A stretch of 62,768 nt of DNA, counting the filler, from Globobulimina sp. (lineage: Eukaryota), in assembly GCA_003354225.1 (NCBI GenBank). It is 22 parts of 22 records of this genome, joined end to end, with 100 filler letters (N's around TTAATTAATTAA, not from the genome) between each part and the next. Parts side by side here need not be neighbours in the genome. Positions count along the whole stretch, not along the records: positions 11,437 to 14,195 come from PIVH01005021.1; positions 14,296 to 17,054 come from PIVH01005022.1; positions 17,155 to 19,912 come from PIVH01005023.1; positions 20,013 to 22,770 come from PIVH01005024.1; positions 22,871 to 25,628 come from PIVH01005025.1; 17 more parts are not named here. One strand, 5' to 3'. The position numbers and the translations under genes were made by a program. Shown in pieces: positions 12,256 through 22,872 of this stretch (position 1 is the first letter of the stretch; each line of letters begins with the position of its first letter). The notes beneath the pieces were generated by a model. It was given only the letters and a program-made list of their open reading frames with translations. It did not search any database and had not been told where the DNA came from.

Positions 12256-14195
12256 ATGAATAATAAATCAAACAGATCATTATCAATCACCGACATTCAA
12301 CAAATTGCTAATAATCTTAATATTGATCGTATTCAATTAATCAATCGTTTGAAACTTTGCAGTTTGAAGTTGGGTAAAAATATATATTGCGTTCGAATTC
12401 CATGCATACACAATTGCAATAAATAAATAATGAATAATACAGCTCATTTACGGTAAGTCAATTAAAAGAACTTATTAAGTGGTTCCGGCAAAATAAGAAC
12501 AGTAATAATTTACAGTTAAAACATACAGGTGAGGTATTTGTTTATTTTTTATTTTTTATGCATTATTTTTTATTCGTCTGATTTTTTGTTGCTGTCGGCT
12601 TTTGCCTCTGTATCAAATAAAAAATTTATTTGTACCTCTGCGTTTTTGCGGATTAAAAGGTCGAAAATCTGAATTGATTCAAACTGTCAAACGTGTCATT
12701 CAATTGTTTGATTTTTCAATGTATAATAATAATAATCAAACGCAACAATATACACATCCTACAATTTCTTACCAACAACAACAACAACAGCAACAACAAC
12801 AATATTATCAACAACAACAACGGCAACAACAATTATATGCACAAACACCTTCAAATACGTTATTTAATGCAACAAAGTTACGTTTTGTTTGTTTTTGTGA
12901 TGTTTTGATTGTATACATAATATAATACATTATGTTTTTTGTTTAGTGGTACTGGTACTGCTTCAAACTATGCTTGGAATGGTTCGTACCAAAATAATCC
13001 ACAACAACAACAGCAACAAATTGCATTCCAACAGCAACAACAACAACAAATATCGCAACAGACCCAATATAATGTGACAACGCAACATTATTCGCAATTG
13101 GTGCAACATCCAAATTTTACAAATAATCGTTCACCATTTTTTCAAGTTGAAAAGCGATGCTGCGTAATGCCCGTATTTAGTCAAAAAAGAATCCAATTTC
13201 GAATATCATTGCATAGCGACGATGTCAGCAATTTGCGCCGAAACAGCAAAGGAAGCAAAGGAACCGAAGCAACCAAAGGATCGATAGGCAGTGTGGACGA
13301 AGGACTGCATTTGCGATTATTTAATTTTGTGACGCATCAACATCAGGAATGGAACACGTCGCAATGTGATGTCTCTATCAATAATCGCAAAATAATAATT
13401 GATAAGAGATCGACCCGTAGCGGTGTAAAAAAAAAAGGATATCCTATCGTATCACCGTTAGATATCACCAAAGAGGCCTGCATTACAATGGATTTTGAGA
13501 TAACATCGAATGGACCCTTTGGTGGTGTGGCTGTAATAGAAATTGTGCGCATTTTTAGTGTGGAAAGTATAGCGTCGCGCATCACATTACGTTGTCGACC
13601 GATTGATTTCAAGAAGGACAAGAAATGCGCGATCTGCAATAAGAAGAACGACTTATTGCGGTGCAGTCGATGCAAATGTGTGTGGTATTGCGGCACCAAA
13701 CACCAAGCAAAGGATTGGCCCGCACACCAAACCCTGTGTTCCCCCAACGAGTCCAAAGGCAAATTGAAGTCGATCTCCTTTAAGCAGTCCGACGACGACG
13801 ACGTAGTCTGCGGACAAACAAAAGTGTCGTTGCGTTGTCCATTATCAATTTGCAGAATCAATGAACCGATTCGTGGCACAGAATGCACCCATCCACAATG
13901 CATCGATTTGAAAACATTTCTATCCTTTTCACACAAAACGGGCACATGGCAATGTCCGGTGTGCCTAAAACCGCTTAAATTCGATGAGATTGTGATTGAT
14001 AATGAGATGAAAGAGATTCTGTCTCAAACGGATGAGGACATTGATTTGGTTCGTCTGTATCCGAATGGCTCCTTTAAAGCCATTACTTTGCAGGAACAGC
14101 TGCAAGAGGAACGCATGCAAAATACAAAAAGAAAACGGAAGAGGAAAAAGGATGATATGGAAGATAATATTTTACAGGTAGGTCTGGATGAGCGA
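12256..14195 (+). CDS. SIZ/PIAS-type SUMO E3 ligase: SAP-like, Q-rich, PINIT-like, MYND finger, SP-RING; 3'-partial
   Basis: Introns 12369-12442, 12529-12659 and 12877-12946 give TVSQLKELIK...LKHTGRKSELIQ (SAP-like). MYND: CAIC...RCSRCKCVWYCGTKHQAKDWPAHQTLC. SP-RING: VSLRCPLS..RI..PIRG..CTHPQCID...WQCPVC. Confidence 0.88.
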
Positions 14196-14308
14196 NNNNN
14201 NNNNNNNNNNNNNNNNNNNNNNNNNNNNNNNNNNNNNNNTTAATTAATTAANNNNNNNNNNNNNNNNNNNNNNNNNNNNNNNNNNNNNNNNNNNNGTAAA
14301 AATCATAC

Positions 14309-14429
14309 CAACGCATAACGGCCCGTCTACAATTAATCTTCTTTTCTCGTTAATTGGAAATGATTCTGGCAGTTTGAGTTGTTTCTTCCAATTGGTTTTG
14401 GATTTGGCAGTTTGAGTCATCGACATCAT
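14309..14429 (-). CDS. First exon of a paralogue of the PH-ankyrin-FYVE gene at 37924
   Basis: KQLKLPESFPINEKRRLIVDGPLCV aligns with KLQKLPKHWPENENRVLIREGVLFI (37924 gene), with a phase-1 GT donor at the same position. Confidence 0.7.
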
Positions 14430-14716
14430 CGAGATATCCGCAGTTGTAACTAAAGATAAAGTATACACAAGAAATACGTTTTAAATCTCCATTTTAAAGT
14501 CTACGTACTTTTTTTAGTCAAACAATATCGGATTTAATACACAAACCGTTTGGGTTTTAATTTAAAAGAAATTGGTGGGTTTTTTTTATGTAATGGATGA
14601 GTGAACTACACGTAGAAGACGCCACAAAACGATAAAATCAATCAAAAAATGGGGGAATCAATTCAACCCCAACTGTATAATAAAATATATATATATATTT
14701 AAACAAATATTTTTAT

Positions 14717-16850
14717 TTATTTTTTCTTTGAAAATGTTGTAACCATTTTATGATAATGTTCAGCTTGTCTTTTATTCATATTATATATCTCAATTTCACC
14801 ATTTTTAAAATATATTTTAAATCCTCTTTTTCGCTCAGTATGAATAGCAGATACTTTCTTAATTTGCTCTCTATTTACAACAAACCAGTCCTCCCATTTA
14901 TGTCCATTTAACTTCGTAAAAATAATTGTTTTGCAAATCTTTATTCTTCCGACCATATCGTTCTTATCTCCTTTTAAATGCATTGTCAACTTATCAGTGC
15001 CAGCCCGTGTATTCCGTGACGATATGTTACTATTTTTAGCAAATACTAACTTATCCATTTTAGGATCACCTTCTTTCCACGCAATTTGTTTATTGTTACT
15101 CATATCTTTTAAATCCTGACCAATGTTAATGGCAACATCTGTTAATGTCAACGTGTTATTTTTATTGTTATCTCTAAACTGATCAATTAAACATTGACTG
15201 AAAAAGCCGCCATCTTTGCTTTCTGACACCTCAATCCCTGGACAATTACCATAGAGACTGCAAACAAGATCCATTTTATGTCGACCTAAGGCGTTGCCTC
15301 GATCACGATCCGTATTCACAACGGAGTCATCCCTGCAACAGTCGAATATGAATAAGCGTGGAATCTTAGCAATGGATCGTCTCCATCCACTGTCTACCTT
15401 TGCGTGCAACTCTTTTATTTGCACACTTTTTGCGTTTTTATCTGCGTCGTAATCACTGGGATATATAACCCCATTGCCGCCATGTCCGGAGATAACAACA
15501 ATTAATGATTCATAAATAATTTGACTTTTGTTATATTTACTGCTTAATAACAGTCTGCCTTCTTCCATAAATTTAATTAAATCTTCGTCAGTCCATCGTT
15601 TTTTGCCATACCATTGTTTATCATTTGCTGATGGATATACATCATATTCATATTCGTCATTCCTGTAATTATAAATAAAATAAGTACGTGATCATGATAC
15701 GGCAAAAATTGTCAGAGTCATATATGGTTTGCCAAAAACGTTTCTGTCTAAGTTTGTCAATCATATTCAAGTAATTGATACAAAATATATGACTCTGGAG
15801 ATTTTTGCCATATTTGTATAGATACCATAATTGTCTGTAATTTCTAATGTCATGTGGTACACCCGGCAAATTTTGAAGTTTATCATATTTTGATATGCCA
15901 ATTAGTAATACCAATACATTTGAAACAGAGTTAGCATCGCTATCACATAGATCATATACAGCTGAATATTATATATATATTAATATGATACAATCAATGC
16001 AATGTACACAGACATACCATCATCATCATCAGCTTTGGTATCATCATCATCAGCTTTGGTACGATTATCAACAAAGTTTTGACATACATCAGCATCATAT
16101 GATCCTTTTTCCGCTGTTCCCATTACAATTTTTCTATAATATTCATTTGGAATGCTTTTATTAAAACATTTATCACACGAACGCTTCGACGAACTCTTAA
16201 ATTTTAATTTTCGAGACGAACATTTTTGACAAATTAAATAACCGCATTTTCGACAATGATGTCTTCTCCGCCAGAAAGTAAATGAAATGCCACATTGTAG
16301 GCATAAATCGGATGTTTTATCATCGATCCATAATTTATTTGATTTATCAATGGCAACATCAGGCTGTAACCCACAATTTATTTTTTTAGTTGCTTTGAAT
16401 AATGCAATATATTCATTTAAATCTTTATGCCATATATTTTTACATATTTTATCTGTTATATCCAATCGTGCACCGTAAGCAACTAACCATCGAGCTATAT
16501 TTATCTATATACACATAAGTATTAAGTATTTGATATATAATATACGTAAATATATGCAAATATAACCTGTTCTTTGTGGGTAATAAGGTGTAATGGTCTT
16601 TTTTTATTATAGCCTTCCGTATTTGGAGAGGCACCATTTTGTAACAATAACATTACACATTGTTCATCACTATTTTTGCAAGCAATGTGCAGCGCTGTTT
16701 CGCCATCGTTACTTTTCGAATCCATATTAAATGTTTCTTCTTTTTCTTCTCCTTTAATATAATTTACATCAATTTTATGCAGACATAATTTGACCATATC
16801 GGCTTGTTTTCTGTCACAGGCAATATGTAATACATTCCGTCCATTATCAC
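14717..16850 (-). CDS. Ankyrin repeats + FYVE finger + peptidase C14 (caspase-like) domain + C-terminal PH-like domain; 5'-partial
   Basis: Introns 16505-16566, 15962-16017 and 15663-15825 join four ORFs in frame. ANK: GETALHIAC. FYVE: WIDD..C..C..F.FWRRRHHCRKCG..C..C...CDKC. C14: VLLIGISKY...LPGV..D, ISGHG, PRLFIFDCCR, GGFF. Confidence 0.85.
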
Positions 16851-16952
16851 GATAGTTATGGCCATAATTTATTACATATTGCAGCTTTTGTTAACAACAC
16901 AGCGTTTATTGAAGATTATGGCTCGCAATTTAATATAAGTGATTCTGATGAT
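16851..16952 (+). other. Inverted ankyrin-repeat fragment from the same gene family (probable amplification inversion chimera)
   Basis: Plus strand reads DSYGHNLLHIAAFVNNTAFIEDYGSQFNI, matching GGHNLLHLACAVNNVDFIEDYGNKFDI in the 37924 gene, while the adjacent gene is on the minus strand. Confidence 0.85.
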
Positions 16953-17292
16953 CGTATAGCCACGCATAGTACCCAAGCAGGAGTTAACAGCGAACGGTAG
17001 TGATCTGCACTGACCAACGCCTTGGCCGTTCGAGTATAAGCCAGAGTACGTCATNNNNNNNNNNNNNNNNNNNNNNNNNNNNNNNNNNNNNNNNNNNNTT
17101 AATTAATTAANNNNNNNNNNNNNNNNNNNNNNNNNNNNNNNNNNNNNNNNNNNNAAATACGATTTTTATAGACTCATACACGAAGAGCGCATCTGTTCAG
17201 AATACTATTTATTGTTAAGAATATTTTAGTTCAATATGGCTTTAATGCAGAACATAACATAACAGTTTATAAAGTGGCAAAAATAAAAATAT

Positions 17293-17667
17293 TTAAACAA
17301 AAAAGATTCCGCCATTTACATATTCCCGCCATTCTACCAAGTTAATATGCGTTGTACTAAATTCTTGATGGATTTGGTTGGCCTTTTCGTTGTAGTATGC
17401 CAAGTCCTCATTATTGGGTTCATATTCCTCCAGAAAATCGGATAATGATGGGCACCCGTGGCTAACTATATTATTTTCTAGATCCATCAGAAGATAGCGG
17501 TAGGCGTGTAAAGCCTGAAGGGTGACGCCGTTTAAAATGTAATCCCATCTGATGGTTACAATACGTCCTGGCTGGAATCCATAGTACGCTTCCACTCTTT
17601 TCCATCTATTATCATCCTGAATGAATTCAATCGGTGGATCTTCATCGATTTGGGCAAATCCTGCCAT
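17293..17667 (-). CDS. Hypothetical protein
   Basis: 124-codon ORF from MAGFAQ with protein-like composition; no motif recognised. Confidence 0.5.
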   Translation of the reverse strand: MAGFAQIDEDPPIEFIQDDNRWKRVEAYYGFQPGRIVTIRWDYILNGVTLQALHAYRYLLMDLENNIVSHGCPSLSDFLEEYEPNNEDLAYYNEKANQIHQEFSTTHINLVEWREYVNGGIFFV

Positions 17668-18239
17668 TTCCCTTTTTTGCGAGTATCCTATGGGCCAAAT
17701 GAAAACACCTATCAATAATGCAGGGCAGTATCGCTCTTATATATTATTTTAACCAGGATGTTCATTATTTTTCCAGTACATTTATTTTTAATGTTACATT
17801 TGGAATAAAACTTTTTCATTTCAGCGCGAAAAAACTTTACTATTTTAGTTTTTTTTGTACGACAACAGATCCGTTTCTTCTGATACACCCAATTTACTCA
17901 TCTACTATACAGGCCCGAAATGTTGAAATAGGATGTTGAATATGTCATACTATTTAACCTCTCCCATAGAAGACTGTCCATTTCCAACCCTCTCGGAACT
18001 TTCGATTACTTTGCTCGAAAACATTATTACACCATGTCGGACACTTCTTTTAGTAAAGTTGCAAACGTTCTAGCATTTTCATAAAAAAATGTGTGAACCA
18101 GAATCGTGTACTAGGCAGGATCAGCGAAAGTTGATATGACTCAAAATGACACGATCAAGCAAGTATTGCGTGACTCGATCAAAGGTAAATCCTGTGATCT
18201 ATATAAGACAATATTTACGCATGTAAAATCATTTTAAAA

Positions 18240-19007
18240 ATGTCTAAGGACAAAACGCTAAATTGTTATGAAAACGAGCTTTTTGGATGGACTTCCGTGT
18301 TTGCCGGCACTGCATATGTCCACATGAAGAGCTTGCAATGCAGGCTTACTAAAGGTAAATAGATGGTACACTTTCTTTGCAGATATCTAATAATAAATTT
18401 TAACAGACAAAAACAAAATTTCGGTCAGTGCCAGAGGTCTACAGAAGCTCGACGAATGTGTAGTGGACGCGGTCAAAAAACTCGATGATGCAGACGAAAC
18501 GTGGACCATTGAAGAAAAGGGTCTACTGAAAACAGTGCTATCGATGTCGAGAGGATTACTCAGTCTAGAAATTGTGTTAAAAAAGTTTCAGTAAGAGTAA
18601 ATTAAAATCAATTATTGGGCAAATAGTTGCATTTTAGAGTGGCGAAAATTGAAATAAAAGATCCAAACTCATTTAAAGAGTTTGTCCAATACCTAAACAA
18701 AGACTCTTTCTTCAAGTTGAATCAAAAGGGCCTCCCGACTCACGGTGTTCCAACAATGCTTATTGCTGTGAATTGTCAAAATCAAATAAAGTCAGAAACG
18801 GGAATTGTCCAAAAACCGGCTCATATCAATGACAATGATTACGATTTGTGTAAAATTTGTCTAGAAAATGATTTAGACACATTGGTAATGCCATGTAAAC
18901 ATCTGTGTTTATGCTATGTGTGCGGTGAAAAAGTTGAAAATAGCGGGAAAAAATGTCCAATGTGTCGAAGTTCTATTACCGAGTTAATTAAAGTATACAA
19001 ATGTTAA
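18240..19007 (+). CDS. Protein with a C-terminal C3HC4 RING finger (IAP/MGRN-like), probable E3 ligase
   Basis: Introns 18355-18406 and 18591-18637 keep the frame; CKICLENDLDTLVMPCKHLCLCYVC...CPMCRSSI. Confidence 0.85.
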
Positions 19008-19198
19008 ATTGATGTTTGCAAGAATAAAACTTTAAAAAAAACCAGTCGGAGACATGATATCCTCTTTGCGCAATGATACGAAAAACAAAACAAGAATTTA
19101 AAAATGCGGCAGGCATGTTTCACAAAACATTGACGTGACTCCGGCCCGAAACATAAACCAGACGAAAACAAGACAAACTGTTTTAATTCAATCGAAGT

Positions 19199-19886
19199 AT
19201 GGCCGACCCATCATCAAATGATGTTACAGTATGTCATTATCTATTGAACTATAATAGAATCGAAATATATACTTTAAGGTGTTGAGTGCTTGGCTGGATA
19301 GCTTCAATGACGACCTCCAAACGCATATTACGAGAGAAAATTCTGTTAGTAACAATGAAATCGTATGACGAAATGTAATTTTCTGAAATTATAGGATCCC
19401 ATGTTGACGGCTGCCTCTACAAATTCTGATTGGCCCGATGTCGAGGATATGATCCGATCCGAATATGTAAGAATTTTGTTTTGCCTACTCATATCTATCA
19501 AAAAATCATTATTCCAGCCTCAAATGTACACGAACGAAGGAAGGGCAGAAAGCCAGGCATTTTGGGAACAGCACGAGGTACGTATATGTAATTTCGGCTC
19601 TGTTCTCTCTTTATGTGGCCGTGTTTCTAGATGGAAACTTCTGAAATTGACCAAATGGTGAACGCAGTAAGTTTGGCTCTTGCAGGAATACCTACTTATT
19701 ATGAGCCATTGCTTTAGATCGAAAGTAACGTATTGGGAATTCAGCAAATGGATTTGACACCCGAAACTGAAAATGTAAAAAATTATTTTTTTGGAAATAG
19801 CGTGCATAAAATATGTGTTTTTCTTTAGGATGAAGAATTTGGGGTTGTGGATCAATCGGCAGGCCCAACTGGATGCTCAAGAAATG
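19199..19886 (+). CDS. 3'-partial gene made of seven short exons encoding an acidic, probably disordered protein
   Basis: Exons 19199-19228, 19279-19344, 19395-19466, 19518-19577, 19631-19666, 19718-19774 and 19829-19886 splice at GT-AG introns of 50-54 nt into a stop-free frame (MADPSSNDVTVLSAWLDSF...). Confidence 0.8.
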
Positions 19887-20142
19887 GTCAATTTATACTC
19901 CCTCCTAATGCANNNNNNNNNNNNNNNNNNNNNNNNNNNNNNNNNNNNNNNNNNNNTTAATTAATTAANNNNNNNNNNNNNNNNNNNNNNNNNNNNNNNN
20001 NNNNNNNNNNNNTTAGAAGAAACAGAATTTGCACAAATCATCAAAATAATAGTACCAAACCAAAAATATCGAGTAAAATTTTTCGTTCCATATTCTCATA
20101 CGCGGATTGTTTTAATTGAAAATATGAAAGTTGTTATTCCAT

Positions 20143-21612
20143 TTAGATGAAAGTTGTTATTCCATTATTCTTTTCATTCTCATTTATTGAATTATAAATA
20201 TTTAATGCATTGTTAATATCACAATTATTACCATAAAAATCAATTAATTCTGCTTTACAATGTTGAGTTTTTAAATTATTAATATATATTTCATTTACTT
20301 TATTCACATTATTTAAATTATAATAGGCCTTCATCGCTAATAAATGACATTTTGTATCAATCTCTATCTTATCCTCATTAATAATATTATTATATATTTC
20401 TAATACTTTATTATTATGCTTATTATTTAAATATATTTGCATTAACAACGTAAACGTAATAATATCTTTATCATTCTCCATAATATCGTTAAATACAGCA
20501 ATGCCATTTTCTAAATCATTAAATGTTGAATAAAAATCAATTATGCTATTTTTTAAACTAATATTTATATTATTTAATTGACATTGCAATTGAGAATGAA
20601 TTGACTTTCCTTTTTCATAATTTTTAAGATTTCTGCATGCTTTTAATGCAATCGCATGAGAAATATCATTCCTTTCAAATCCATCATCATCATATAATAG
20701 CAATGCTTGTTTATTACAATTGTTATCCACAAACGCTTTCATCATAGCACAAATAATAAAAACATCTTTATCTTTCTTATTGATTTTATTAAACAGGTTT
20801 TGTGCATTCTCAATATCGCCACATTTGCCATACAGTTCAAGCACAACAGTTTTCAATTGAATATTGTTGTTATTATTATTATTATGATTTTGATAAATAT
20901 CATACAATTTTAGTGCTTGTTTATATTGATTGTGATTTGTAAATGCTTTGATCATTGTTGTGATACAAACTGTATCTTTCTCACAATCACTAATTGAATT
21001 AAATACATTTAATGCCAACTCCATTTTATTGAGTTTATTAGCATATATATTAATGAATGCAGTTTTAATGTATACATTGTTATTTGTGATAAATCCTTTA
21101 TCAATTAATCTGTGAATAAATTTCATTTGTTTTATGTTATCAGCACATTTTATTATTAATTTTAGAATTAATTTGTCATGAATATGTAACGTGTATTTGT
21201 TTGATGATTCCATCCATCGCAGCACCTCTAAACTTTTACAAATGTTATTCGAATCTAAACAACACTTTATTACCAATGAATATTCCAATTTCGTTTTGTT
21301 TAAAAGCTTAATATCATTCCATAGATATTCAATTTTTGTCGAATGTCCCAAATGTAAATATAATCTCAATAATTTATGAACAACGTCACTACTTTTTTTA
21401 TTGTCAATTTGTTTATAAATTGATGTGGCGTTATCAATAATTTTTCTTCTTTGTTTTTTATCCAATTTTTCTGAATCTTTATCAGGATATAACGATTGCA
21501 ATAATTTAGCAGCTTGGAAATTATTTATTGTTTTGGTAGTACTTAACCATCTGTTTTGTTTAAATTTATGTCGATAAATTACCCCTAAATTCAGATTAGG
21601 CGTTGTTCTCAT
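20143..21612 (-). CDS. Pentatricopeptide repeat (PPR) protein, probably 3'-truncated
   Basis: Repeats such as KTVVLELYGKCGDIENAQNLFNKI, CAMMKAFVDN...ALLLY and IDFYG...DINNALNIYNSI. The basic N-terminus resembles a targeting peptide. Confidence 0.92.
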   Translation of the reverse strand: MRTTPNLNLGVIYRHKFKQNRWLSTTKTINNFQAAKLLQSLYPDKDSEKLDKKQRRKIIDNATSIYKQIDNKKSSDVVHKLLRLYLHLGHSTKIEYLWNDIKLLNKTKLEYSLVIKCCLDSNNICKSLEVLRWMESSNKYTLHIHDKLILKLIIKCADNIKQMKFIHRLIDKGFITNNNVYIKTAFINIYANKLNKMELALNVFNSISDCEKDTVCITTMIKAFTNHNQYKQALKLYDIYQNHNNNNNNNIQLKTVVLELYGKCGDIENAQNLFNKINKKDKDVFIICAMMKAFVDNNCNKQALLLYDDDGFERNDISHAIALKACRNLKNYEKGKSIHSQLQCQLNNINISLKNSIIDFYSTFNDLENGIAVFNDIMENDKDIITFTLLMQIYLNNKHNNKVLEIYNNIINEDKIEIDTKCHLLAMKAYYNLNNVNKVNEIYINNLKTQHCKAELIDFYGNNCDINNALNIYNSINENEKNNGITTFI

Positions 21613-21760
21613 ATTAAAATAACATTCAATACATGCTATCACTGTTGTACTTGTCTGTTGAATCAAGTAATGACGTACACTTCACTGTACTTGAGTACTT
21701 GTCTCAAAATTAATAATATTACACTCACATTACAAAAACATAACAATTTACTGAATTACA

Positions 21761-22770
21761 TTAATCAAAATCATCCGAGCGTATACGACTTCGGCTACTC
21801 ATACCATCCTCACTTTTTGTATCTCCTCCTCCTTTTTTCACTCCATTATCAAAGTCTGATGAGTTTGGTGCCAGTAATTGTTGATTAGATTGACCCCAAA
21901 AATCAACATAATGACCTCCTTGATCGAAATACTATATAATTTATTATTATTTTTATTATTATTGCATGGAATGGAATGGATTATATAACTTTTCGTAATC
22001 CTTTATCAAAATTTGCCATAACCTTCCATACCCAAAACATAGTTAATCCCCTTACAATCAAAACCAATGTGCTTAGTACAAAAAATTGAGTCTGAGATGT
22101 ACGCTCAGAATATTGTCTATCCGCTGCAGTCCAGTAACAAATCACAATAACATATACAATAACAAATATGGTGCATGCCATGAATGTTTGTGTCAACAAT
22201 CTATGCTCTGTTCGAACCTTATATATAAATAGAAATAGAAATAGAAATAGAAATCATGCAAATGAGTGCAAGGATGAAGAGTAACTGATGCAATTCCAAA
22301 AACAACCCAGAATATTTCAAATACAATACATGCAATATTCCCAACATAACCAGCAATATAAGTATGCTGTAATTCAAATGTAACCAACAAACCGAGCATT
22401 ATACAAACTTCAGCATCCATCAATATCATTGCTTGAAATTTTTGATACACATAATATATTTCTGCTATGTTCCTATCTGTTGTTTGTGATTTATTATATC
22501 TGTACCATCCAAATTTTTTAATAACACATGGTGCAATTACTAGATATAAAACACAGAAACCTGTCGATCCAAATACTAATACAGCAACAAATGGCTGTGG
22601 ATGATGGATATCAATAAAAAAGAACCATACTAAATACATTGTAACTAACATTGCCGACAAAATTGAACATATTAATTGAACTGCATTCTCTTTTAAAACT
22701 CCCTGCAACACAAACCACAAAAAACATATGGCTACAAAAATAGATAGTGCTCCATAAATATTTGGTACTT
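21761..22770 (-). CDS. Multipass membrane protein resembling the fungal UPF0658-like Golgi family; 5'-partial, 3 exons
   Basis: VLKENAVQL, FGWYRY...YYVYQKF..M...D and W.V..NFDKGLR motifs. The last exon reads YFDQGGHY...DDFD*. Confidence 0.65.
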
Positions 22771-22872
22771 NNNNNNNNNNNNNNNNNNNNNNNNNNNNNN
22801 NNNNNNNNNNNNNNTTAATTAATTAANNNNNNNNNNNNNNNNNNNNNNNNNNNNNNNNNNNNNNNNNNNNAC

